Positions 1-9,195 of a stretch of DNA of 64,000 nt are shown piece by piece (position 1 is the first letter of the stretch; every line of letters begins with the position of its first letter). Under the pieces are notes generated by a model, which made no database searches, had not been told where the DNA came from, and saw nothing but the letters and a program-made list of their open reading frames with translations. The stretch comes from Promethearchaeota archaeon. GTDB taxonomy: Archaea; Asgardarchaeota; Lokiarchaeia; Sigyniarchaeales; SOKP01. A program made the translations under genes and the position numbers. The DNA lies in the NCBI GenBank assembly GCA_019058245.1, contig JAHPZJ010000025.1, forward strand, positions 1 to 64,000, read 5' to 3'.

Positions 1-219
1 AAATAAGATACCGAAATAGTTAAAGCCCATCACGGGAACTGGTAACTACCCAAAATTTGCTGATTATTATTCAAAACTCTATTACCCCAAAAATTTTTGG
101 ATTTATTTTATTTTTTCAAAGATTTTTTATTTATTAGTATCTAAAACAATAATAAGAGAAAATAATCAAACAACAAAAAAACTTAATCTGTTTACAATTA
201 ACACTCTTGGTGAGTAAAT

Positions 220-525
220 ATGGTACATAATCGTCCTAAGGATATTGCTATTATAGTTATAGTGCTTGTTATAGCTTCTGGTATTTATGGACTTTTCTTA
301 CTTATAGGGCAACCAACATTAGGTGGGATTTTTGCTATAATATCCTTTTGTGGATTGCTTTCTCTTTCTTGTTTTGTTCCAAATATTTTTAAAAAAAAAA
401 AAGTGTCAAAAATACCTAAACTTAAATCTATACAACCGTCATTTATTTGTTCTAATTGTGGTGCAACATTTATAAATAATCCAAATATATGTCCAAATTG
501 TAAGGCACCGGTTGAAAAGCTATAA
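220..525 (+). CDS. Small membrane protein with C-terminal zinc ribbon
   Basis: Two N-terminal hydrophobic helices; C-terminal CSNC...CPNC. Confidence 0.75.
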   Translation: MVHNRPKDIAIIVIVLVIASGIYGLFLLIGQPTLGGIFAIISFCGLLSLSCFVPNIFKKKKVSKIPKLKSIQPSFICSNCGATFINNPNICPNCKAPVEKL

Positions 526-531
526 AAAATT

Positions 532-1050
532 TTACCAATTATATATTAACCTTTTTTTCTTTAATTTCTCCATCTTGGCTATAGATTTATTGAGTTTTTT
601 TACTTTTTTTTGGTTATTTTTATCATTCAAATCTTTGATAGATTCTTTTTTTTCTGTTAAGTATTTTATAACAAGGTCAGCCATAAAAGGTATGAATTTG
701 GAACCTCTAGAATTTAATCCGATAGGATCCTTGAAATTAGGATGAATTGAGATTTGAATCCGACAATATTTAGGTATACGCAAACTTCCAACTATTGGAG
801 TTACAACAATCTCATCTAATGGAACATAAACTTTTTCAGAGGTATTATCCCTATGAGTGAGGAAAAAAGCAAACCCTTTAGGTGTTACAAGAAAATGGCT
901 ATACCAGTACATGATTTGATTTGTTAATGGTACAGCTTTTTCACATTTACAGTATCCGCTATAAATTATTTCTTCATTTTCTGGAATAGCTGTCCTTAAA
1001 TCGCTGAAATCTAGTGGGAGATACATATTAGGATTGTTCATTATAAACAC
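532..1050 (-). CDS. Hypothetical protein, possibly PH/GRAM-like beta fold
   Basis: 172-aa ORF; EEIIYS...FLVTPKGFAF...VPLDEI pattern resembles PH-like domains (inference). Confidence 0.55.
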   Translation of the reverse strand: MFIMNNPNMYLPLDFSDLRTAIPENEEIIYSGYCKCEKAVPLTNQIMYWYSHFLVTPKGFAFFLTHRDNTSEKVYVPLDEIVVTPIVGSLRIPKYCRIQISIHPNFKDPIGLNSRGSKFIPFMADLVIKYLTEKKESIKDLNDKNNQKKVKKLNKSIAKMEKLKKKRLIYNW

Positions 1051-1284
1051 AAGATTTTGATATTATTAAATATCTGAATAAAAGAATTTTGAATAATTCT
1101 TATAGTAGAGTATTTTCTTTAGAATTTAATAATTATTATCCTATAATCTTTATGATTATTTGGCAAGAAATTTATAATTTTTCTTGGATTCACAACAAAA
1201 ATGTTGAAAAAGGAGTCACTTAGTCCGAGCTTAGGCTTAGGGCATGAGGGTAAGAGAAGCGTGTCTGGAGCGGTAAAGATTGAA

Positions 1285-1335
1285 TGGTTTGAGATGAGAA
1301 GGAGTAGATAGAGTATGTTCTTGAGCTAAGATTTT
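1285..1335 (+). repeat. Dispersed intergenic repeat, most complete copy
   Basis: 1285-1303 is identical to 3011-3029; 1306-1335 matches 4876-4905 at 28/30; degenerate copy at 60316-60343. Confidence 0.8.
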
Positions 1336-1447
1336 TTTTTAAATTTTAATAGTAATTATAAGATTTACTAGACAATAGGAATTCTCTCATTATTTCTACA
1401 AACAAATCCGGAATTTAACCTTATGATGATCTTATAATTTTAACCTT

Positions 1448-2896
1448 TTATTTAATTTTTGTTCTAATCTTTAAATTAAGGTAAATAACAGCGATTAATA
1501 CAAAAATTGAAATTACGTTCAACTCAAATCCTGGAATTTTTGAGTCTATGGGACTAATGGTAAAATGTCGTGAATAATCAGAACATGCAGAGTCTACAAT
1601 AGAGTTAATTGTGATAAAATATTTATTACCATCAGGTAAATCTTCAGGAACAGTCCAAGAGAAAGAACCATTATTTTCAATATTATCTATAATAGTAAGA
1701 ACATAAGTATCAAGTCCGTAAACATAATCTTCATGATCAATATTCTCATATAACATGATCCTTACATTTCCTACTGGTCCATAGGAGTTCCATTCTATTA
1801 AGTATTCAGAGCCTTGAGCAAAATGAGACCCGCCGTGTGGGACTGTAATAGTAATACCTCTTGCTTCAGTTATTTCAAAATAATCACTAAAAGCATATGT
1901 ATCTGGATCATCACGATTATACACCTTTAAACAGTAATCCTTTGCTGGTGTTAACCCACTAGGAACAGTCCATATATCATCCCCTGGATAGGCTCCGCAA
2001 TTAAAAGAGTCATCTTCAACATTTATTATAAGAATATTATTTCGATAAAGATCGATGCTTATATGACAAATAACTTCAGTATTATTCCATCTTACTGTAT
2101 ACATCGAACCCATAGACAATGAAACATTAGCTTGAGGTGAAATAATCGTGATAGTAGGGAGAGCACTAATTTCAAAATAATCACTATAATCATATGCAGA
2201 TGAAGATAAGCTAGAAATTTTCACCCTATAATCAGTTCCAATAGTTGTATTTAAAGGAATTGACCACTGATAATAACCATCATTAGACGTGCTTGATGTA
2301 ATAGTTGTAACTAAAGAATCTGCTTTAAAAAGTTCAATCTTCACCGAACCTCCTGCATTAATACTACTCCAATCAATTGTTAATACTTCTCCAATGTCAA
2401 TACTAGTAGACGAGTAGGGTTCATAAATAGTAATTGATGGTGGACGAGTATCTCCTACAAAAGTAGCAGCATGAGATACAGTGGTAAATTGGCTCCCTAT
2501 TTCATCATTCCAAAAAACAATATACCAAGTTCCTGAAGATGGCACATAATACCTCCCGGAATCGCTTGAGGCAGTTGAAAGTAGATCACCTGAAACAGAC
2601 ATCCCAGAAGTCCATAATGAATAATCGAACGCTGTTAAAGCCCATACGTTAATCACTTGAGATGGAAGAGTTGAAAAACTCCAATCAACATATTGTTCCG
2701 CCCAACCGTGCAATTCAGCATGATCATCGTGATTTAATCCTTCAACTGGGGAAATACGTGGTGTTAATATAGGTAATTCATTTAGAGCTTCTTTAGATCT
2801 TTCTTCAGATATGTTTCTGCATATTACATTTGATGAAATTAAAATTGCAATAATTAGGAGAAACAAAATTGATTTCTTTTTTCTTAATGGAATCAT
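1448..2896 (-). CDS. Cell-surface protein: signal peptide, three Ser/Thr-rich GPI-anchored-like (Kre9-like) Ig repeats, PGF-type C-terminal sorting signal
   Basis: Three ITIxxP...IxW...(ND/NN)GxxxWxxP-type repeats; C-terminal IPGF + transmembrane helix + basic tail. Confidence 0.8.
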   Translation of the reverse strand: MIPLRKKKSILFLLIIAILISSNVICRNISEERSKEALNELPILTPRISPVEGLNHDDHAELHGWAEQYVDWSFSTLPSQVINVWALTAFDYSLWTSGMSVSGDLLSTASSDSGRYYVPSSGTWYIVFWNDEIGSQFTTVSHAATFVGDTRPPSITIYEPYSSTSIDIGEVLTIDWSSINAGGSVKIELFKADSLVTTITSSTSNDGYYQWSIPLNTTIGTDYRVKISSLSSSAYDYSDYFEISALPTITIISPQANVSLSMGSMYTVRWNNTEVICHISIDLYRNNILIINVEDDSFNCGAYPGDDIWTVPSGLTPAKDYCLKVYNRDDPDTYAFSDYFEITEARGITITVPHGGSHFAQGSEYLIEWNSYGPVGNVRIMLYENIDHEDYVYGLDTYVLTIIDNIENNGSFSWTVPEDLPDGNKYFITINSIVDSACSDYSRHFTISPIDSKIPGFELNVISIFVLIAVIYLNLKIRTKIK

Positions 2897-3010
2897 TTTT
2901 TTTCATATTAGTTTTGTTAATTTTTGTCAATAGTATATTTTTCAACCAATTTCTTATTTAAAGTTAATGGATTTTTTAAAAAATAACAAAAGAAGCGAGT
3001 TAGTGATAGT

Positions 3011-3029
3011 TGGTTTGAGATGAGAAGGA
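3011..3029 (+). repeat. Copy of dispersed repeat (5' part)
   Basis: TGGTTTGAGATGAGAAGGA, identical to 1285-1303. Confidence 0.8.
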
Positions 3030-3112
3030 ATGGATTAAAAACCATATAAAAAATTAATTATTCACTATTTAGTTTCTCGCTTGTCATTTTCTCTCTATTA
3101 GTTTTATAAATA

Positions 3113-3979
3113 TTATAATATATCAGAAAAAAGGCTCTTTCTTATTCTTTTCCCTGTTTTAGTTGCTGCTATTCCACCTTTTCCCGTCTCTTTTAATTCA
3201 TAGGGCATTTTACGACCAACTTTCATCATCGCATCCACAACTTCATCTGCAGGGATAATAGATGTAACTCCTGATAATGCCATTTCAGCAGCTAAAAATG
3301 CGTTAACGACCCCTATAGCATTCCTTTTAATACATGGTGAAATTACTAATCCGGCAACAGGATCACAAACAAGACCTAATAAATTTTTTAATGTTAATGC
3401 AATCGCATTGTCTATCTGAAGATGGGTTCCCCCAGCCATATAAGTTATAGCAGCAGCCGCCATTGCAGATGCAACTCCAATTTCAGCTTGACAACCTCCT
3501 TCACTTCCTGAAAGCATTGCATTATTTCCAATAATTGCCCCTATTGCTGCAGCAACGACTAAAGCATTTAATATATCTTCATCCGACTTATCAAGGATTT
3601 CTTTAGCTTTAAAAAGAACAGCAGGTAAGGTTCCAGAAGAACCTGCTGTAGGACAAGCAACAATTAAACCCATACCACTATTATATTCACCGATAGCCAT
3701 TGCCCAGCCCACTGCTTCTTTTAAATTATTTCCACAGAAAATTCCTGGTGAAAGCATTCTTTTTGCCTGATGGCTTGCTTCTTTGATAGGTAGTTCAAAA
3801 TCTTCTACAAGTGCTTTTTCAAGAGATAGTTTCATTATACCTAAAGATTTATTAAGTTTTTCAATTATAATCTGCTTAGGAATATTGTGAAATTCCATTT
3901 CATCGTTTATTATTAATTCATGTAATGGAATCCCTGTTGTTTTAGATTCATTGAGGAGATTAGAAATTGATTCAAACAT
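3113..3979 (-). CDS. sdaAA: L-serine dehydratase, Fe-S dependent, alpha subunit
   Basis: IVACPTAGSSG, GGCQAEIG, GLVCDPVAGLV, PCIKRN motifs. Confidence 0.95.
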   Translation of the reverse strand: MFESISNLLNESKTTGIPLHELIINDEMEFHNIPKQIIIEKLNKSLGIMKLSLEKALVEDFELPIKEASHQAKRMLSPGIFCGNNLKEAVGWAMAIGEYNSGMGLIVACPTAGSSGTLPAVLFKAKEILDKSDEDILNALVVAAAIGAIIGNNAMLSGSEGGCQAEIGVASAMAAAAITYMAGGTHLQIDNAIALTLKNLLGLVCDPVAGLVISPCIKRNAIGVVNAFLAAEMALSGVTSIIPADEVVDAMMKVGRKMPYELKETGKGGIAATKTGKRIRKSLFSDIL

Positions 3980-4637
3980 TGATTATCCTCACCCAAATTA
4001 TTTCTGGATATTTTTTTAATTCATCAATTAAATCTTCTGGTATCGCTGTATCTGCTTCAAGCCATGTTAAAGCTATCTTTTTTTTCAAATTTCTGGAGAT
4101 TTTCATCGATCCTATATTTAATTTAAATTTTTGAAGTGTATTTGCAATATTTGCAAGTGCCCCAATCTTGTCATGATTTAGTATTACTAGCGTATTTGGT
4201 TCCCCCCCAAATCCTGCTTCTAAGCCATCAATTTCATTGATTATTATGTTGCCTCCTCCAATTGAAGCCCCTATTACATTCATTTTTTCGGATCCATCAA
4301 TCATATCTATGCTAACTGAATTTGGATGGTAATCCACACCTAAATCCACAAGTTCAAATGAATAATCGAGCCCCTCTTTTTCAGCAATTTCAAATGCGTT
4401 TTTGATCATATCATCTTCGGGTGTAAATCCAAGTAATCCAGCAAAAATTGCGATATCTGTACCATGACCTTTATATGTCTCTGCAAATGAACCATGAAGT
4501 CCTATTTTCACAGTTTTAGGCTTTTTTCCAAATAATAACCGTGCAACATACGCAATTTGACACGCTCCTGCAGTATGGCTTGAACTTGGTCCAACCATTA
4601 TATGGCCAATTACATCAAAGATAGAAGTATATTTCAT
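3972..4637 (-). CDS. sdaAB: L-serine dehydratase beta subunit with ACT domain
   Basis: IMVGPSSSHTAGA, TYKGHGTD, SIGGGNI; overlaps the start of sdaAA. Confidence 0.95.
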   Translation of the reverse strand: MKYTSIFDVIGHIMVGPSSSHTAGACQIAYVARLLFGKKPKTVKIGLHGSFAETYKGHGTDIAIFAGLLGFTPEDDMIKNAFEIAEKEGLDYSFELVDLGVDYHPNSVSIDMIDGSEKMNVIGASIGGGNIIINEIDGLEAGFGGEPNTLVILNHDKIGALANIANTLQKFKLNIGSMKISRNLKKKIALTWLEADTAIPEDLIDELKKYPEIIWVRIINV

Positions 4638-4875
4638 AACTTATTTCAACTCAATGTTATATTTAAATTTAAACAATAATACAACTATAAGATTATACAA
4701 TTTTGAGATATATAGTCATCGCAATTATGAATTCAATATTTTGATAAATTCGTCTAGGTATATTAAATAAAGGATTATTTTAAGATTATAAAATTTCTGT
4801 TAAATTGATTATGGATTTTTTGTTTGTGTTTGGGAGCAATGATAAGAATAAAAACGAAATGAGACAGACGAAACG

Positions 4876-4905
4876 AGATGGAGTATGTTCTTGAGTTAAG
4901 ATTTT
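4876..4905 (+). repeat. Copy of dispersed repeat (3' part)
   Basis: AGATGGAGTATGTTCTTGAGTTAAGATTTT, 28/30 identical to 1306-1335. Confidence 0.8.
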
Positions 4906-4998
4906 ATTTTTTTCAATATTCTAAAGGGAATTTGTATCTAGAGATAATATTTAAAAATACAAAAAATCTATTTTTCATATATAAATTCAAAAAATCAA

Positions 4999-5526
4999 TT
5001 GTTTATGCTTTCAAAGAGGCAGTTAGGTTTTATTATTTTAATCATATGTGTCATAGCATTTATAACAATTCCAGTTGCTATAATTTTGATGGTGAATCTT
5101 AAAGATTCTAATTCAAATCCTAAATGGGATTATTATGTTGAACCAGGCATATATAAAGCGCAAGAAGAGATTCATGAAGGAAATATTACATATATTTTAT
5201 GGACATACCTTAATCGTGATTTCATGCCAATTTCTCCCCCTGGAGGAAAACCCTTAGCTGCTATTATTAGAGTTCAAGCTTCTAATACAGAACAATTTCC
5301 CTTAACAACCAAGGTTGAACGATTGTGGATATTTAATGGAACAAAAATAAATTCAACCTTAGCCACAGATGAATTTAGTATAGATGGATCTATATATGAG
5401 ATGGTTTTTCGAGATGGTCCAAAATGGGAAGTTGGTCTTAAAATTGATGTTGTGGTAAAATTAAATACAAGTTTTAATATTTATTATCTCAAAGCTGTTA
5501 ATCAGACGATTCATTCGTCATGGTAA
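4999..5526 (+). CDS. Membrane-anchored hypothetical protein
   Basis: N-terminal transmembrane helix followed by a beta-rich domain (LNRDFMP, RDGPKW). Confidence 0.75.
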   Translation: MFMLSKRQLGFIILIICVIAFITIPVAIILMVNLKDSNSNPKWDYYVEPGIYKAQEEIHEGNITYILWTYLNRDFMPISPPGGKPLAAIIRVQASNTEQFPLTTKVERLWIFNGTKINSTLATDEFSIDGSIYEMVFRDGPKWEVGLKIDVVVKLNTSFNIYYLKAVNQTIHSSW

Positions 5527-5733
5527 GTAATTATCTAGTTCGGATTTAATGTGTAGGAATTATAAATGTATGCAGAACAATAAAAATTTGATCATATATA
5601 TAGAGAAGTTTAAACATTTAAAGTAAAGCTTTTTTTCTTTTTGATTTGTCAATTTATGCTTATTGTTTAAAAATTTAAGATTCATATGTAATAAAATACT
5701 ATTAATTTCTATAAGAGATATCTATGAATATTT

Positions 5734-6513
5734 ATGCCCGTTGATCCTAAAATAGCTGCCACCGTAGTTTTATTACGTGAGCGAGTATCCAAATTAAAAT
5801 CTGGTGATGATTTTGAATTTGAAGTGTATATGGTAAAAAGACATAAAAATTCCAGATTTATGAGTGAACATCATGTATTTCCTGGTGGCGCGATTGATAA
5901 ACAAGACCTAACTCAAGAATCAAAAGGTAGGCTAATCGGAATTGATGATAATGTGCTCCAAAAATTAAGAGATGTTTATGAAGATCCATCAATTTTGTGG
6001 ATAATAGCAATCCGAGAGTTATTTGAAGAAACGGGGATTTTAATCGCAGGTAATAAAGAGGGAAATTCAATAAGGAACATTGAAAAAATTACCACAAAGT
6101 TAAAGAAATATCAGGGAAACCTTCAAACAAAAAAAATTACTATGACGGATATTTTAACTAACGAAAATCTTTATTATGCTGCAAATAATCTAATTTATTT
6201 CGGACGGTTTATCACTCCAGCAATATCACCTATTCGGTTTGATACTCAATTCTTTATATGTAAATTTCCTCAAAATCAAAATATTAATTTATTCTATGAT
6301 GAATTAACAGAGGGTGTATGGGCGTCTCCAAGAGAATTATTAAGTAAATTTAAAAAAAATGAAATTAAATTAATATTCCCTCAATATTCTACCTTAAAGC
6401 GGCTTAAAAAGTTTAAAACCATCCAAGAAGTATTCGCGAATTCGAAAAATGTGTCTACCCAAAATCTATTAAAAGATTTCTCAAAAAAAAAATTATGTCA
6501 TTTGTTTAAATAG
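5734..6513 (+). CDS. NUDIX hydrolase (NUDT19-like)
   Basis: AATVVLLR, VFPGG, AIRELFEETGI Nudix box, ITP..SPIRFDTQFF. Confidence 0.9.
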   Translation: MPVDPKIAATVVLLRERVSKLKSGDDFEFEVYMVKRHKNSRFMSEHHVFPGGAIDKQDLTQESKGRLIGIDDNVLQKLRDVYEDPSILWIIAIRELFEETGILIAGNKEGNSIRNIEKITTKLKKYQGNLQTKKITMTDILTNENLYYAANNLIYFGRFITPAISPIRFDTQFFICKFPQNQNINLFYDELTEGVWASPRELLSKFKKNEIKLIFPQYSTLKRLKKFKTIQEVFANSKNVSTQNLLKDFSKKKLCHLFK

Positions 6514-6882
6514 AGCTTGAAATTCTTCCTTTACGGCATTTAATCCCAAATTTCCAAGAAGATTTATGGATTTTTTACTAAGAGAATAAAAAGATCGAGG
6601 TTCAGAGCGTTTGTATTCCATTCTTTTCTCATTTTTAATAAAATTATTTTCTTTAAGGATTTTGAGATGGTAATTCAAGTTATTCTCTGGAATGGAAGGT
6701 AAAAAATCCCTTAATTGACTGAAAGAAAGAGAATCATCACTAGCTAATAATGTTAGTAATATTTTATACCGTGTTTTTTCTGATATAATCTCCAATTCCT
6801 TTCTCATATTTTCCAATTTTTTAGGAGTTTCCAAATCTTTTTCACTCTCATAATTTAAATTTAATTTTTCATCTAGTTCCAT
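6493..6882 (-). CDS. ArsR-like winged-helix transcriptional regulator
   Basis: TRYKILLTL...LSFSQL...NLNYHLKILKENNFI. Confidence 0.85.
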   Translation of the reverse strand: MELDEKLNLNYESEKDLETPKKLENMRKELEIISEKTRYKILLTLLASDDSLSFSQLRDFLPSIPENNLNYHLKILKENNFIKNEKRMEYKRSEPRSFYSLSKKSINLLGNLGLNAVKEEFQALFKQMT

Positions 6883-7007
6883 GCTAAATATGTATAATCA
6901 AATATTTAAATTTAACTCAAAACTAATTGAGGCAATTATTATTGATATATAATAATTTATTAGATAAACGAATTTCTATATTACTTTATATTTTTAGGGA
7001 GTAGAGG

Positions 7008-7514
7008 ATGCAAGTTATACACGAACATGCATGGGAAGACTTTCTTGAAGAATTTACCAATATATTTTCAGTATATGACTTGACGAAAAACAAAATTTTC
7101 ATTTGTGGTTCATATGATGAAGAAACTTTTGCTACACTTCAAGAGATACAAAAAATTGTAAATGATATTGAGAATAATCTAGGATTCTTTGAAAAAGAAT
7201 TCAGGCGAACCCACCTTGAGAATTTAATTCTAAAGTTTGATCTTATTGCTAAATTTTCAAATGAGATAATAATGGTTATAGAACACGATAAAGGAGGTCA
7301 TATGATTGAAATGGGTATTATCCTCTCGTTTAAAGAATTTTCTGAAAAAACAAAAGTCTTTGTATTAAGAGATGCGGAAATTACAGATGTGCTTAAAAGA
7401 GGAGGCCTATTAACACCTTTTTTTAAGGAAGAAGAAAGTTTGTTTTATTTTGAAAATATTGAAATATTGAGATCAAATGTGAAAAGGTTATATTCTTCTT
7501 CTATAAAAGAATGA
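7008..7514 (+). CDS. Nucleoside deoxyribosyltransferase (NDT)-fold protein
   Basis: KIFICGSY first strand and GGHMIEMG (GxxxExG) motif. Confidence 0.55.
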   Translation: MQVIHEHAWEDFLEEFTNIFSVYDLTKNKIFICGSYDEETFATLQEIQKIVNDIENNLGFFEKEFRRTHLENLILKFDLIAKFSNEIIMVIEHDKGGHMIEMGIILSFKEFSEKTKVFVLRDAEITDVLKRGGLLTPFFKEEESLFYFENIEILRSNVKRLYSSSIKE

Positions 7515-7628
7515 TTTTAAAAGAAAGTTTAAATATTGAAATAATCTAATTATACATTGCAAAGAAATCTTGATATAACAAAATAACCTTTGATTTAATA
7601 AACAAAATAAATAGTTATTGGAGGATTT

Positions 7629-8018
7629 ATGATATTGAAAGATTTAACTATTGTTTTGAAAAACAAACCAGGTACACTGGCAGATATGGGGGAGACATTA
7701 GGTAAAAATGGTATTAATATGGAAGGTTTATGTGGATTTCCTTTAAAAAATGAAGCTTTAGTTCATATTTTAGTAGAGGATGATGTAACAACAAGGTGGA
7801 TTCTCGAAGATGCGGGATTTGAAGTACGGGCTGTACGCGAAGTACTCGTTTTGGATATAGGTCATATTGTGGGAAAGCCTGGCACAGGAGGGAAAGTTGC
7901 ACGTAAAATAGGTAATGCTGGTGTTAATATTGATCTCATCTATTTTGCCGAAAATAATAGACTAGTTCTTGGAGTAGATAATTTAGAAAAAGCACAAGCA
8001 GCCCTGTCTGGAGAATAA
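7629..8018 (+). CDS. Double ACT-domain protein
   Basis: NKPGTLA and KPGTGG...AGVNIDLIY. Confidence 0.9.
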   Translation: MILKDLTIVLKNKPGTLADMGETLGKNGINMEGLCGFPLKNEALVHILVEDDVTTRWILEDAGFEVRAVREVLVLDIGHIVGKPGTGGKVARKIGNAGVNIDLIYFAENNRLVLGVDNLEKAQAALSGE

Positions 8019-8089
8019 AAAAGTTAAAAAGGAATATTAAACAAGATTTTTATCTTTTTTTGTATTTATTTGCTCTAAAATTAGCTGAT

Positions 8090-8980
8090 TTATTCTTCTA
8101 GTTTTTCTTTGATTTGTTCTAGTAGTTTATTAGATTCCTCAGAATCTGTTATGAATTCAATTTCCTCAGATGAAGTTATTCCTATACCTAATTCTATCGC
8201 TCGTTTAATTTGTTCTTGTTCAAAAACTGGGCCATTAGATACTTCTTGGGTTGTTCCAAGAATTCGCAAAATGGCAACCCCAATAGCATCAATAGCCACT
8301 TTATCTGTTCCAGCAATAAAGACATTTGCTTCTTTTCGAGTACCCTCCATCGGTCCGCGATCTACAAAGGCAATAAGACCATCCACGATAATTAAATCAA
8401 CTTTATATACAGAATTAATTTCTGCAATCATTTTCCTTTGATATTTAGAAGAATGTAATTCGCCCATAAATTTTGTAGGTACTAATGCAACTGCATTCTT
8501 GAGTGAAATTGTAAAATGTCCACCATACATATGAGTCTTCAAACAACATGTTTCGACTATGCATTCAGCATCATCATAAATTTTAGGAAAAAGAAAACCC
8601 TCTTTCCAATGATTTCCTTTAGGATTTTTCAAAACAAAATTCTCTTTAGATAATTTAGTTAAATCAATTATTTCAAATTCTAATTGTTTGGCTAATTCGT
8701 ATAAACCCTTTTTTTTAAAAGTTTCAGCTGTATTAACTGGACCACTCCTTTCTGCGATTGTAATAGATTTTGCACCCATCACTTTTAATTTGATAATAAG
8801 TTCCTTTATTGTTTCCATGGAGCTAGAAGCTGGAGGAGGATCTGCAGTATTAAAATTAGGTTTCAGAATCACGTTTTTGCCTTTGATTGGATTAATTCCT
8901 AATAATTCTAAAGACTTATTTACACCATAAACGCGATCCGTTGTCCAAATAATTGTTACTTTGGTTGTGTTATTCTTCAT
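8090..8980 (-). CDS. DUF362 family (Fe-S associated) protein
   Basis: VILKPNFN, LKTH, TISLKN, DKVAIDA. Confidence 0.85.
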   Translation of the reverse strand: MKNNTTKVTIIWTTDRVYGVNKSLELLGINPIKGKNVILKPNFNTADPPPASSSMETIKELIIKLKVMGAKSITIAERSGPVNTAETFKKKGLYELAKQLEFEIIDLTKLSKENFVLKNPKGNHWKEGFLFPKIYDDAECIVETCCLKTHMYGGHFTISLKNAVALVPTKFMGELHSSKYQRKMIAEINSVYKVDLIIVDGLIAFVDRGPMEGTRKEANVFIAGTDKVAIDAIGVAILRILGTTQEVSNGPVFEQEQIKRAIELGIGITSSEEIEFITDSEESNKLLEQIKEKLEE

Positions 8981-9115
8981 ATTTCGGATATTTAATTGAA
9001 AAGAAATAATTAAAGTTTGTTTTTATAAAAAAAAAGAAAATATATGAGAGAAATAGAATGTATTGAATACTCCCTTGTAAATATATTATTTATGAAATCC
9101 TTTCGAATTATTTAG

Positions 9116-9160
9116 TGAAGAATTATTCAATGAAAGGATATTCAGTGAAGGAGTATTCAG
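9116..9160. promoter_or_regulatory. Three tandem 15-bp imperfect repeats (TGAAxxxxTATTCAR-like) in a divergent intergenic region
   Basis: TGAAGAATTATTCAA / TGAAAGGATATTCAG / TGAAGGAGTATTCAG; inverted partial copy at 9064-9076. Confidence 0.6.
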
Positions 9161-9195
9161 CATTCCTCACAATAAATCATTAACTTCATAAGTAT

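Noticed and set aside
4878-5102. 74-aa ORF starting inside the dispersed repeat
   Set aside because: Its ATG comes from the repeat and it overlaps the better-supported gene at 4999
9116-9160. CRISPR mini-array
   Set aside because: Units are 15 bp with no spacers, and no cas genes are present
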